A DNA stretch of 56,477 nucleotides from Eubacteriales bacterium (GTDB lineage: Bacteria > Bacillota > Clostridia > Oscillospirales > SIG627): contig JAZSDT010000043.1 of the NCBI GenBank assembly GCA_045531285.1, positions 1 to 56,477 on the forward strand. The letters run 5' to 3'. The notes beneath the pieces are model-generated. The model saw only the letters and a program-made list of their open reading frames with translations, had not been told where the DNA came from and made no database searches. Positions 27,241-36,457 of this stretch are shown piece by piece. The translations under genes and the position numbers were made by a program. Numbering within the stretch: the stretch's first letter is position 1; each line of letters opens with the position of its first letter.

Positions 27241-27943
27241 TTATATAACGCCGGACAGAGCTCTTGGTGAAAAAGCCATTCAGGATGCCGTGACACGTGC
27301 AAAAGAGACAAGGCTTAACAAGGTGGTAATTCCCGCAGGAGAATGGCAGGTAAGTGAGCCTGTGCTTCTTCCCGGATTTATTCACGTTGTACTTGACGGA
27401 GCTGTTGTGACAGCCCCTGAGGTTGCCTTCCGCAACGAAAATCTGTATTCCACTTTTGGATGTATGAAAGAGGGTACACAGAGCAACATTGTAATAACAG
27501 GAGAAAATTCGGCAAAAATAAAGGGTGGAATACTGATACACAATGCCGAAAAGGTGAGAATTGACAACCTTGATTTCGAGGGGGACGGAGTAACGCTGTC
27601 CTTCTGCCACGACGTGAGAGTAAACGGTATTAGGGCAGACGGTGTTGCTTTGCACCTTATGAACGGATGCCATCAGATAATTGCAAAGGACCTTAGAGGT
27701 CAGACGGCATTACAGGCAATATCCAGAAGAGCCTCAGTAGGCGACTTTATGAGCTGGAACTATGATTATAATTTCGACGTGTTTGAGCATAGCCCCGAAA
27801 TATGCTTCGGTGTTTTTGAAGGTGTTTCCGGTAAAGTGACAATTTTCGCCGAGGGTCAGGTGTACGGTATTTGCGGTGAGGCTGAATGCACTGCCGAAAA
27901 CAAAGAAATTTTTAACATTTACAATATGGTAATCGAGAGGTAA
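27233..27943 (+). CDS. short beta-helix protein, paralogous N-terminus to the preceding gene
   Basis: MNNYITPDRALGEKAIQDAV... parallels MNYITPNDVG...SVQNAV of the upstream protein. 8-nt overlap with the upstream stop. Confidence 0.5.
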   Translation: MNNYITPDRALGEKAIQDAVTRAKETRLNKVVIPAGEWQVSEPVLLPGFIHVVLDGAVVTAPEVAFRNENLYSTFGCMKEGTQSNIVITGENSAKIKGGILIHNAEKVRIDNLDFEGDGVTLSFCHDVRVNGIRADGVALHLMNGCHQIIAKDLRGQTALQAISRRASVGDFMSWNYDYNFDVFEHSPEICFGVFEGVSGKVTIFAEGQVYGICGEAECTAENKEIFNIYNMVIER

Positions 27944-27945
27944 CT

Positions 27946-29241
27946 ATGCCAAAGACCAACATTTCACCGTCAAAGCTTTCCGACGGTGTAACACTCTATT
28001 ATATCGAGGACTCAAAGTACAAGACCAACTATACCAACGTCTATTTTTCGATGCCCTTGACACCCGATAACGCAACGAAAGCAAGTCTTGTGTCAAAGAT
28101 GCTCAAAAGAGGAAGCAAAAAGTATCCTTCAATGGCGGCTCTTAACAGTGCGCTTGATATGAACTATGCCTCCACTATAGGCTTTTCTTCCTTCAAGGAG
28201 GGGGAGAAGACGGTATTTTCTCTTTCTCTTGCCACTATGAAAAACCAATATGCCCCCAACGGTGAGGACATTTATTCGGCGGCACTGGAGATTGCCTTTG
28301 ATACTCTTCTTTGCCCGTTGACTGAGAATGGCGGCTTTGTTGAAGAGTTTTTTGAAAGCGAAAAAAGAAACCTTCACGACTCCATTTTATCCCAGATAAA
28401 TAATAAGAGCTCTTATTCACGCACACGCTTTATAAAGGCAATGTGTGATGGCGAAGCTTATGCCGTAAACGGAGAGGGCGACGTTGACGTGCTGGAGTCA
28501 CTTACCTCACGTGAGTTGTTTGAATTTTTACAGAATATGATAAAGACTGCCGTTTGCGATATATATTTTGTGGGAAGCGAAAAAGAGGACAGAGTAAAAA
28601 GCCTTGTGAAAGGATATATAGACAGGGTTGAAAGAAGGAGCGCACAGGGGGTAAAAACCTCCCTTGTCACTGCTGTAAAGGGCAAAGACGTGGTTGAAGC
28701 TCTGGACATTGCACAGGCACACTTATGGATAGGCTACAGAACTCCTGCAACCTATTCAAGCCCCGATTATCTTAAGTTTGTACTTTTCAATATGGTGCTT
28801 GGCGGAGACGTTTCAAGCAAAATGTTTATGAACATCCGTGAGAAGCTTTCTCTTTGCTACACCTGTTATTCCGGATTTGACGGTATGAAAGGCATTTTTA
28901 CAGCCTATGCCGGAATAGACCCCGAAAACAAGGAAAAGACCTTGACGGCGTTTTACGAAGAGCTTGACAACATCAGGGCGGGCAAAATCACACAGGATGA
29001 GCTGGAGGATGCCAAGAAGGCGTACATCAACAGAATGAAGGAGATTCAGGACAATCCCTCTCTTCTTCCTGCCTGGTTCCATATGAGACTGGAAAGCGAC
29101 ATTCCCCGTGACCCGTTTACCGATGCACAGCAGATAGAGAAGCTGACTCTTGACGACGTTGTGTGGGCATCAAAGCAGATAGAAAAGGACACTGTTTATT
29201 TCCTTACCAAAACCGAAAACGAGGATAAAGCCTCTGTATAA
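27946..29241 (+). CDS. M16-family peptidase-like protein, non-catalytic subunit
   Basis: 431 aa with M16 architecture but no HxxEH motif. Paired with a catalytic M16 gene (YmfF/YmfH-like pair). Confidence 0.7.
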   Translation: MPKTNISPSKLSDGVTLYYIEDSKYKTNYTNVYFSMPLTPDNATKASLVSKMLKRGSKKYPSMAALNSALDMNYASTIGFSSFKEGEKTVFSLSLATMKNQYAPNGEDIYSAALEIAFDTLLCPLTENGGFVEEFFESEKRNLHDSILSQINNKSSYSRTRFIKAMCDGEAYAVNGEGDVDVLESLTSRELFEFLQNMIKTAVCDIYFVGSEKEDRVKSLVKGYIDRVERRSAQGVKTSLVTAVKGKDVVEALDIAQAHLWIGYRTPATYSSPDYLKFVLFNMVLGGDVSSKMFMNIREKLSLCYTCYSGFDGMKGIFTAYAGIDPENKEKTLTAFYEELDNIRAGKITQDELEDAKKAYINRMKEIQDNPSLLPAWFHMRLESDIPRDPFTDAQQIEKLTLDDVVWASKQIEKDTVYFLTKTENEDKASV

Positions 29242-29251
29242 TGGAGAGAAT

Positions 29252-30562
29252 ATGAAATTCACAAAACACAGCAACAAGCTTTTGAACGAGCTGTACTATA
29301 AGGGTGTGCACAAAAGCGGACTTGAGGTAATAATCATTCCCAAGGACCAGATGACGCTTTACGCCACCTTTGCAACACGTTACGGCTCTATGGATAATAC
29401 GTTTAAGACCGACAGAGATAACAGCTATATTACAGTGCCCGACGGAATAGCACATTTTTTGGAGCATAAGCTTTTTGAAAGTGATGACGGAACAGATACG
29501 TTTTCGCGCTTTACGGCACTGGGCGCTTCGGCAAATGCATATACCTCCAACGAGGTTACCTCGTATCTTTTCTCGGCTACCGAGAACTATTATGAGGCTC
29601 TGGAGGTGCTTCTTGATTTTGTGACCCATCCCTATTTTTCAAAGGAAAACGTTGACAAGGAAATGGGAATCATCGAGCAGGAGCTGAGAATGTACGAGGA
29701 CAATCCGTACAGATGGATGTATCAGGAGCTTTTGAGAGGACTTTATCAGAAGAATACCGTCAACATTCCCGTAGGCGGTACGGTGGAATCCATTCACAAG
29801 ATAACTCCAGAAATACTTTATGATTGCTACAACACCTTCTACAACCTTAACAATATGGTTTTGATAGTGTGCGGTAACGTTACCACCGAGGGCGTCGAGG
29901 CTGTAATGGATAAAGCGCTTGGAGAAAGTGGGGATATTACCATTGAAAAGAAGATTGCCGACGAGCCGAGAGAAGTAGCAAGGGCTTATGCCGAAAAGGC
30001 GTTTCCTGTGGCTTATCCCGTGTTCAATATAGGGCTCAAAGACACGGATACCGACTGTGACGGCAGAGGATATATTAAGAGAGAATTTGAGCATATGATA
30101 ATTGCCGAGCTTGTTTTCGGCAAAGCAACGGATTTTTACAACAAGCTGTATTCCGAGGGCTTGATAAATCAGAAATTCGGTACGGCTTACTATTCTTCAA
30201 AGACCTGGGCGTTCTTTATAGCCAGCGGTGAAAGCCGTGAGCCTAAGGCGGTTTTTGAAAGAATAAAGGAAGAGCTTGAGCGTTGGCGCAGAGGCGAGAG
30301 GGAAATTGATGCCCAAGCCTTTGAGAGAGCAAAGAGAGTGCTTTATTCCGCTTCGGTTCAGGCGTGGAACTCTACCTCGGATATTGCCGAGGGCTTCTTG
30401 GACTACTATCTGGCGGACGCGGATATGTTGGAGCTTCCCGAGGTGCTGTCGGGTATTACGGTTGAGGATATCAAGGCAAGATTGCGCAGGTCATATGATA
30501 CTGACTTGATGTCCATGGTTGTGGCAAAGCCCAACGAGCAGGAAGCTGATAAGAGGGGATAG
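29252..30562 (+). CDS. M16-family zinc peptidase (insulinase-like)
   Basis: HFLEH inverted zinc-binding motif (HxxEH). 436 aa. Confidence 0.8.
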   Translation: MKFTKHSNKLLNELYYKGVHKSGLEVIIIPKDQMTLYATFATRYGSMDNTFKTDRDNSYITVPDGIAHFLEHKLFESDDGTDTFSRFTALGASANAYTSNEVTSYLFSATENYYEALEVLLDFVTHPYFSKENVDKEMGIIEQELRMYEDNPYRWMYQELLRGLYQKNTVNIPVGGTVESIHKITPEILYDCYNTFYNLNNMVLIVCGNVTTEGVEAVMDKALGESGDITIEKKIADEPREVARAYAEKAFPVAYPVFNIGLKDTDTDCDGRGYIKREFEHMIIAELVFGKATDFYNKLYSEGLINQKFGTAYYSSKTWAFFIASGESREPKAVFERIKEELERWRRGEREIDAQAFERAKRVLYSASVQAWNSTSDIAEGFLDYYLADADMLELPEVLSGITVEDIKARLRRSYDTDLMSMVVAKPNEQEADKRG

Positions 30563-30568
30563 TGAGCT

Positions 30569-31411
30569 ATGAAACATTGGATATCCTTCCCCGGATTGGG
30601 AATCGATGCGTTTAAGGTGGACCCCGTTGCCTTTAATTTGTTTGGCAGGGACGTAATGTGGTACGGTGTTATAATATGTGTGGGAATGCTGCTGGCGGTG
30701 CTTTATGCATATTGGCGCTTCCGAAAAGAGAATTTTACAGAGGACGAGTTTTTCAACTACGCAATATTTCTTATACCCATATCGGTTGTCTGTGCAAGAC
30801 TCTATTACGTAATTTTTGACCCCACTCCCAACTACCACTCCTTTCTTGACGTCATTGCCATATGGCGAGGCGGTATAGGAATATACGGAGGCATAATCGG
30901 CGGTGCAATAGTGTCCGTGATTTATGCCAAGGTTATAAAGAAGCCTATTCTCAGAGTGCTTGACTGTGTAGCACCTGCGGTTATGATAGGTCAAATGATA
31001 GGCAGATGGGGAAATTTCGTCAACGCCGAAGCACACGGAGGCATTACTAATCTCCCTTGGCGTATGGGAATAGCTCCGTACTATGACAGTTTGCCCTACA
31101 GCGACGAATATTCGGTGTACTATCACCCAACTTTTCTTTATGAATCGCTGTGGAATTTGCTGGGCTTTATTATCGTACATTTTATAATCACAAAGAGAAA
31201 GAAATTTGACGGACAGATAGCATATTTTTACCTTGCGTGGTACGGTTTTGGCAGAGGCTTTATTGAGCTTCTCAGAACCGATAGCCTTGAATTGTTTGGT
31301 ATGAAGGTGTCGGCACTTGTTGGATTTGGCTGTGCTTTGATCTTTGGTATAATATATGCTGCAAAAACGTACAATGCGCGACGCACGGCTAATAAAGAAG
31401 CATCAGAATAA
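30569..31411 (+). CDS. lgt: prolipoprotein diacylglyceryl transferase
   Basis: 280 aa and polytopic. GRWGNFVNAEAHG is the Lgt signature. Confidence 0.85.
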   Translation: MKHWISFPGLGIDAFKVDPVAFNLFGRDVMWYGVIICVGMLLAVLYAYWRFRKENFTEDEFFNYAIFLIPISVVCARLYYVIFDPTPNYHSFLDVIAIWRGGIGIYGGIIGGAIVSVIYAKVIKKPILRVLDCVAPAVMIGQMIGRWGNFVNAEAHGGITNLPWRMGIAPYYDSLPYSDEYSVYYHPTFLYESLWNLLGFIIVHFIITKRKKFDGQIAYFYLAWYGFGRGFIELLRTDSLELFGMKVSALVGFGCALIFGIIYAAKTYNARRTANKEASE

Positions 31412-31511
31412 AAATTGAGTATCAAAATAAAAAGTATCTCTAAAAAATGCTTTTCGGGGGTTCGGGGGTGCTTTTTGCTAAAAAGCACCCCCGACAAAAA
31501 AGGAGAAAAAA

Positions 31512-32363
31512 ATGGCGGTAATTCTTGACGGTAAGCTTACCTCTCAGAAGGTAAGAGAAAAAATAAGAGCAGAGGTCGATACGATTCCCGAAGGCATAAG
31601 ACATCCGGGTCTTGCCGTTATAATCGTGGGAGACGACCCTGCATCACACGTTTATGTCAGAAATAAGAAAAAAGGCTGTGAAGAGGTAGGTTTTGTTTCC
31701 AGAGAATATGCCCTTCCCGAAAGCACAACCGAGGATGAGCTCATTTCGCTTGTGAAAGAGCTTAACAGCGATTCCGAAATTGACGGCATACTCGTACAGC
31801 TTCCTTTGCCGCGGCATCTTGATGACAAAAAAGTAATCGAAGCAATAGATCCTTCAAAGGATGTGGATGCCTTTTCTTATCATAACGTTGGAAGAATAAC
31901 AGTGGGCGACTACGATTTTCTGCCCTGTACTCCCGCAGGCGTAATGGAGCTCCTTGACGCTTACGGAATTGACCCCTCGGGCAAAAACGCCGTTGTGGTG
32001 GGAAGAAGTAACATAGTTGGCAAGCCTCAGGCACTTCTGCTCCTTCAAGCAAACGCAACGGTTACGGTAGCTCATTCCAAAACGCGTAACTTGGCTGACG
32101 TAACCCGAGGCGCAGATATTCTTGTAGTGGCTATCGGCAGAGCAAAGTTTGTGGGTGCGGATATGGTAAAGGACGGCGCTGTTGTTATCGACGTGGGAAT
32201 GGATAGAGATGAAAACGGTAAGCTCTGCGGAGACGTGGATTTTGAAGCTGTTAAGGAAAAGGCTTCGTATATCACTCCCGTGCCTGGCGGTGTTGGTCCT
32301 ATGACCATAACCGAGCTTTTGAAAAATACTCTTACTGCGTATAAGAGACATATAAAGGAATAA
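31512..32363 (+). CDS. folD: bifunctional 5,10-methylene-THF dehydrogenase/cyclohydrolase
   Basis: ILDGK...VGDDPASHVYVRNKKK...GILVQLPLP...TPVPGGVGPMT. Confidence 0.9.
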   Translation: MAVILDGKLTSQKVREKIRAEVDTIPEGIRHPGLAVIIVGDDPASHVYVRNKKKGCEEVGFVSREYALPESTTEDELISLVKELNSDSEIDGILVQLPLPRHLDDKKVIEAIDPSKDVDAFSYHNVGRITVGDYDFLPCTPAGVMELLDAYGIDPSGKNAVVVGRSNIVGKPQALLLLQANATVTVAHSKTRNLADVTRGADILVVAIGRAKFVGADMVKDGAVVIDVGMDRDENGKLCGDVDFEAVKEKASYITPVPGGVGPMTITELLKNTLTAYKRHIKE

Positions 32364-32366
32364 TAA

Positions 32367-33230
32367 ATGCATATATTACACATTTTACTTCACGCTCTTG
32401 AGCATTCCATTCTGGACGCTCTGAAGCTTTTGCCCTTCCTTTTCCTTACATATCTTTTGATGGAGATTATGGAGCATACGGCAGGGGATAAGGCAACGGC
32501 TATAATTTCACGCTCGGGCAAGGTAGGACCTCTTGCGGGAGCACTGCTTGGAGCAGTGCCGCAGTGTGGCTTTTCTGCATCGGGAGCCAGTCTTTATTCA
32601 GGCAGAGTTATAACTCTTGGTACTCTTTTTGCCATATTCCTGTCCACCTCGGATGAGATGATACCCGTTATGATATCAAATCAAGTTCATGCCCTGACTC
32701 TTTTGAAGGTTCTAGGAACCAAGGTGCTTATAGGTGCGGTTGTAGGCTTCGTTGTAGATTTTCTGTTTGGAAAAAAAGACGACGTAAAAATCGGCAATCT
32801 TTGTGAGGAAGAAGGCTGTCACTGCGAAAAAGGAGTTTTTCGTTCTGCACTTTATCATTCGTTGAGCGTATTCTTTTTTGTGTTTGCCGTTGGATTTATA
32901 TTGGAGGCGGTTATAGGACTTGTGGGCGAGGACGTAATAGCAGGTATTATGTCGGGTGTTCCGGTAGTTTCAAACGTCATTGCGGCAAGCGTCGGACTCA
33001 TTCCCAACTGTGCGGCATCGGTGGTAATTACCGAGCTGTGGCTGGAGGGCGTTGTGTCTGCAGGTGCTATGATATCGGGGCTTCTCACAGGTGCGGGAGT
33101 GGGCACTTTGGTGCTTTTCAGAACAAATAAAAGCCAGAAGGAAAACGTTTGTATTGTGTTTGCACTGTGGCTTGTGGGAATTGCTTTGGGACTTATACTT
33201 GATTTAGTGAATTTTGGTGCGTTATTATGA
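32367..33230 (+). CDS. 10-TM putative metal (Mn/As-type) transporter, ArsP_2-like
   Basis: Polytopic 287 aa with an His-rich N-terminus (HILHILLHALEH). VPQCGFS and IPNCAAS pseudo-repeat motifs. The family assignment is from memory only. Confidence 0.45.
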   Translation: MHILHILLHALEHSILDALKLLPFLFLTYLLMEIMEHTAGDKATAIISRSGKVGPLAGALLGAVPQCGFSASGASLYSGRVITLGTLFAIFLSTSDEMIPVMISNQVHALTLLKVLGTKVLIGAVVGFVVDFLFGKKDDVKIGNLCEEEGCHCEKGVFRSALYHSLSVFFFVFAVGFILEAVIGLVGEDVIAGIMSGVPVVSNVIAASVGLIPNCAASVVITELWLEGVVSAGAMISGLLTGAGVGTLVLFRTNKSQKENVCIVFALWLVGIALGLILDLVNFGALL

Positions 33231-34060
33231 AAAATCCTGTAAAAAAAGTTATTGCGGTACATGACCTGTCGGGCTTTGGCAGATGCTCCTTTTCGGTAAT
33301 AATACCAACCCTTTCGGCGCTTGGTGTTCAGGTGTGCCCTCTGCCTACGGCAGTGCTTTCAACCCACACGGGCGGATATACGGGCTTTACCTTCCGTGAT
33401 CTGACCGAGGACGTTGTAGGATATTTCGACCACCTTATGTCCTTGGGCAGCGATTTTCACGCTTTTTATAGCGGATTTCTCGGAAACGAGGAGCAAATCG
33501 AACAGGTCGAATATATGATAAACTGCGTGAAAGACACAATGACTGTCCTTGTTGACCCCGTAATGGGGGAGGACGGTGAGCTTTACTCTACATACAATAA
33601 AGAAATGATGTACGGCATGAAGCGTCTTGTAAGGGATGCCCACATAATCACCCCGAACGTAACGGAAGCCTGCTTCCTTATTGACGAAGAACCAAAAAGC
33701 GAGTACACCCGTGAGGACGTGGAAAGAATGGTGAGAAGCCTGTGCAAAATAACAAACGGCAACGTGGTGATCACAGGTATAGAGGGCGATAGAAGTGTAA
33801 ACTGTGCCTTTTCCGAGGACGGAGGAGCGACGGTTGGCTTTACCTCAAATAAAAGAGTGGGCAGACAGTACCCGGGCACAGGTGATATTTTCGCATCCGT
33901 GCTTCTGGGAAGACTTTTGCAGGGCAGAAGCCTGGAGGAGTCCATAAACAGCTCTTCTGCTTTTGTGAGAAGTGTTATGGAATATTCCGTACAGTTTGAC
34001 TATCCCGAAAGAGAAGGCGTATTGCTTGAAGCAAAATTGCACGAATTATTTAAAAACTAA
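33227..34060 (+). CDS. pdxK: pyridoxal/pyridoxamine kinase (ribokinase superfamily)
   Basis: VIAVHDLSGFGRCS...LPTAVLSTHTGGY and a C-terminal GTGDIFASV anion-hole motif. Confidence 0.75.
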   Translation: MKNPVKKVIAVHDLSGFGRCSFSVIIPTLSALGVQVCPLPTAVLSTHTGGYTGFTFRDLTEDVVGYFDHLMSLGSDFHAFYSGFLGNEEQIEQVEYMINCVKDTMTVLVDPVMGEDGELYSTYNKEMMYGMKRLVRDAHIITPNVTEACFLIDEEPKSEYTREDVERMVRSLCKITNGNVVITGIEGDRSVNCAFSEDGGATVGFTSNKRVGRQYPGTGDIFASVLLGRLLQGRSLEESINSSSAFVRSVMEYSVQFDYPEREGVLLEAKLHELFKN

Positions 34061-34090
34061 TGAATAGACTTCTAAAAAGGAGGTGTTTAT

Positions 34091-34555
34091 ATGGTTGATT
34101 TTGACCCGTTCAAGAAAATAGGCGAACAGTGGGCGCTGTACGGAGTATCGGCAGACGGAGAAAGCAACGCTATGACGGTCAGCTGGGGAGAAGCAGGAGT
34201 GCTTTGGAACAAGCCTATATTTACAGTGTTTATTCGTCCCACAAGACATACTTATGCTCTTTCCGAAAAAACCGATATTGCCACTCTTTCGTTCTTTCCC
34301 GAGGAATATAAAAAGACCCTTTCGTATTTCGGAAGAGTCAGCGGCAGGGATGAAAATAAATTGGCAAAGCTGAGCCATAAGGTAAAAAACGGCATACTTA
34401 CCTTTGACAGCGCAAGTCTTACGTTGGTAGGCAAAAAGCTGTACTATACGGATATTGACCCGGAAAATTTTATCGACAGGTCTCTTGATTCAAATTATGA
34501 CAACGACTACCACAGAGTATACGTTTATGAAATAACAGACGTTATAAATAATTAA
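34091..34555 (+). CDS. flavin-reductase-like (FMN-binding split-barrel) protein
   Basis: NAMTVSWG...FTVFIRPTRHTY...SGRDENKL pattern of the Flavin_Reduct domain. Confidence 0.6.
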   Translation: MVDFDPFKKIGEQWALYGVSADGESNAMTVSWGEAGVLWNKPIFTVFIRPTRHTYALSEKTDIATLSFFPEEYKKTLSYFGRVSGRDENKLAKLSHKVKNGILTFDSASLTLVGKKLYYTDIDPENFIDRSLDSNYDNDYHRVYVYEITDVINN

Positions 34556-34567
34556 AGGAGAAGAAAA

Positions 34568-35278
34568 ATGATAAACGTTACAGTGTACAATGAATTCTAT
34601 CACGAAAAGGTAAACGAGAAGGTTGCAGCTATCTACCCCAACGGTATACATAAGGCGATAGGCGAGCTGCTGTCCTCGGATTCTGAATTTTGTGTAAGAT
34701 ACGCCACTCTTGACGATATTAACGAAACGCTCACAGACGAAATCCTTGACAACACCGACGTGCTTTTCTGGTGGGGACACGTAAAGCATCACGAAGTACC
34801 TGATGCAATAGTGGAAAAGGTTTGCCAGAGAGTATATGACGGTATGGGCTTCATACCTGTACATTCGGGACATTTTTCCAAGCCCTTCAAAAAGCTGATG
34901 GGTATGTCCTGTAACCTAAAATGGCGTGAGACAGAGGACAAGGAAAGAATATGGTCTATCGAGCCCTACCACCCTATTGCATACGGCGTGCCCGAGTATT
35001 TTGACATACCTCACGAGGAGACCTACGGCGAACGTTTTGACATTCCCACTCCCGAGGACGTTATATTTATCGGCAATTTCTCAGGCGGTGAGGTTTTCAG
35101 AAGCGGTATTACGTACCACAGAGGCTTGGGCAAGATATTCTACTTCCAGCCCGGCCATGAAACCTATCCCATATACCATATGCCCGTTGTCGGAACGATC
35201 CTTCGCAACGCTGCACATTGGTGCTATACCCCCAAAACAGCTACTCCTTATACTCTCGGATTCTGGGAGAAGAGATAG
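34568..35278 (+). CDS. ThuA-domain protein
   Basis: INVTVYNEFYHE...DVLFWWGHVKHHEVPD...IPVHSGHFSKPF is typical of ThuA-like class-I glutaminase-fold proteins. Confidence 0.7.
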   Translation: MINVTVYNEFYHEKVNEKVAAIYPNGIHKAIGELLSSDSEFCVRYATLDDINETLTDEILDNTDVLFWWGHVKHHEVPDAIVEKVCQRVYDGMGFIPVHSGHFSKPFKKLMGMSCNLKWRETEDKERIWSIEPYHPIAYGVPEYFDIPHEETYGERFDIPTPEDVIFIGNFSGGEVFRSGITYHRGLGKIFYFQPGHETYPIYHMPVVGTILRNAAHWCYTPKTATPYTLGFWEKR

Positions 35279-35291
35279 TATACAAAAAAAC

Positions 35292-35330
35292 GTGGCAAGA
35301 GTCAGACTCTTGCCACAGTTTTTTGCTTTT
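35292..35330. terminator. bidirectional terminator between ThuA and the asparaginase gene
   Basis: GTGGCAAGAG-tcaga-CTCTTGCCAC, with A7 upstream and TTTTTTGCTTTTT downstream. Confidence 0.8.
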
Positions 35331-35432
35331 TAGGAAATTTCTAGATTATTACGCCTTCGCCGTTTCACTTTTTTGAACATATGCAAAGCTTTGGATAGGC
35401 GAGATTTGCCAGAGGCTGCTAGCCGCTTTTTT
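35331..35432 (-). repeat. intergenic structured repeat, copy 10 (subtype b)
   Basis: TAGGAAATTTCTAGATTATTACGCCTTCGCCG...GATAGGCGAGATTTGCCAGAGGCTGCTAGCCGCTTTTTT. There is one uncompensated stem change. Confidence 0.9.
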
Positions 35433-35458
35433 ATTTTGCACCGTTTGGGTGATTGAGT

Positions 35459-36457
35459 TTACTGACAAACTGTTTCGCTGTTGAAATCTGTTAAAACAAA
35501 ATCCTTTACTTCGTTACCGTGAAGTCCTACCGACAGGGCGATGGATAGCTTTACGTAAAGCATTTCCAAGGTCATGGAAGCAGGAGTCAGGTCACATTCC
35601 TTTAAGGCTTCATACACCGACTCATACTGTTGTTCTCCCAAGGTACAGGGAGCAACGAACAGCGGAATACCGTGCTCTTTGCAACGGTGCGCAAGGCTCA
35701 CCAAGGAGTACTTGCCGTCGTTGGTACAAAAGGTACCCGAGTGATAGCTTCCGTGCGCGACTGCCGTTATGCCGTCAAGGTCGATTCTCGAATAGTCGAG
35801 ATTTACATAGGGCTGTATCATCAGCACCGAAGGCTCAAGGTGCTTTATCGAAAAGGGAAGGGGCTTTCTGTTTTTTGAAACACTGTCAAGCTCATCTAAA
35901 GCATAGTGTTTTGCACTGTAAAAATCCGAAGAAAAGCTTGGGGATTGCATAAGAAGCGAGGCAAGGTGCAGTATCATTTCTCCGTTTGAATTACGGTATG
36001 GCACGTATACGTTGGGGGCGATGCCCGAAAGAAGTAGCTCAACTGCCTTTGCAAAATTATCGTTGGCATTGCTGCTTGGCATATCGGGAGGAGCATCACC
36101 GGACACCAGCATTATGGGCGTGGGGGTGTCGGAACAAACCATTGCAAGAAGCGATGCTGTGTATGCCAAGGTGTCAGTACCGTGAAGGATTACGATTCCC
36201 GAATATTTACACAGCTCGATACCTCGGATGTGCTCTATAAGTCCTTCGAGCTTTTGAAACGTCATATTTTCGCTGAGTGTTTTCTGTAAAAAGCCCGAAT
36301 TTTCAAATATGCCTCCCGAAAGAGAGGCATATTTTGAGTTATTATAAAAGTTTTTTACAACGGTAGATTCCGATACGTCAGGGGCAAGCCTTCTGCAACC
36401 GTCGATGAGACGCGAGCAGATCGTGCCGCCGGTTGATATTATCAGAATTTTTTTCAT
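35459..36457 (-). CDS. L-asparaginase/glutaminase family protein (type I AnsA/GatD-core-like)
   Basis: ILIISTGGTICS (nucleophile Thr motif TGGTI) and ILHGTDTLAYT (HGTDT motif) are both intact. The ATG overlaps the gatB TGA as ATGA. Confidence 0.8.
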   Translation of the reverse strand: MKKILIISTGGTICSRLIDGCRRLAPDVSESTVVKNFYNNSKYASLSGGIFENSGFLQKTLSENMTFQKLEGLIEHIRGIELCKYSGIVILHGTDTLAYTASLLAMVCSDTPTPIMLVSGDAPPDMPSSNANDNFAKAVELLLSGIAPNVYVPYRNSNGEMILHLASLLMQSPSFSSDFYSAKHYALDELDSVSKNRKPLPFSIKHLEPSVLMIQPYVNLDYSRIDLDGITAVAHGSYHSGTFCTNDGKYSLVSLAHRCKEHGIPLFVAPCTLGEQQYESVYEALKECDLTPASMTLEMLYVKLSIALSVGLHGNEVKDFVLTDFNSETVCQ

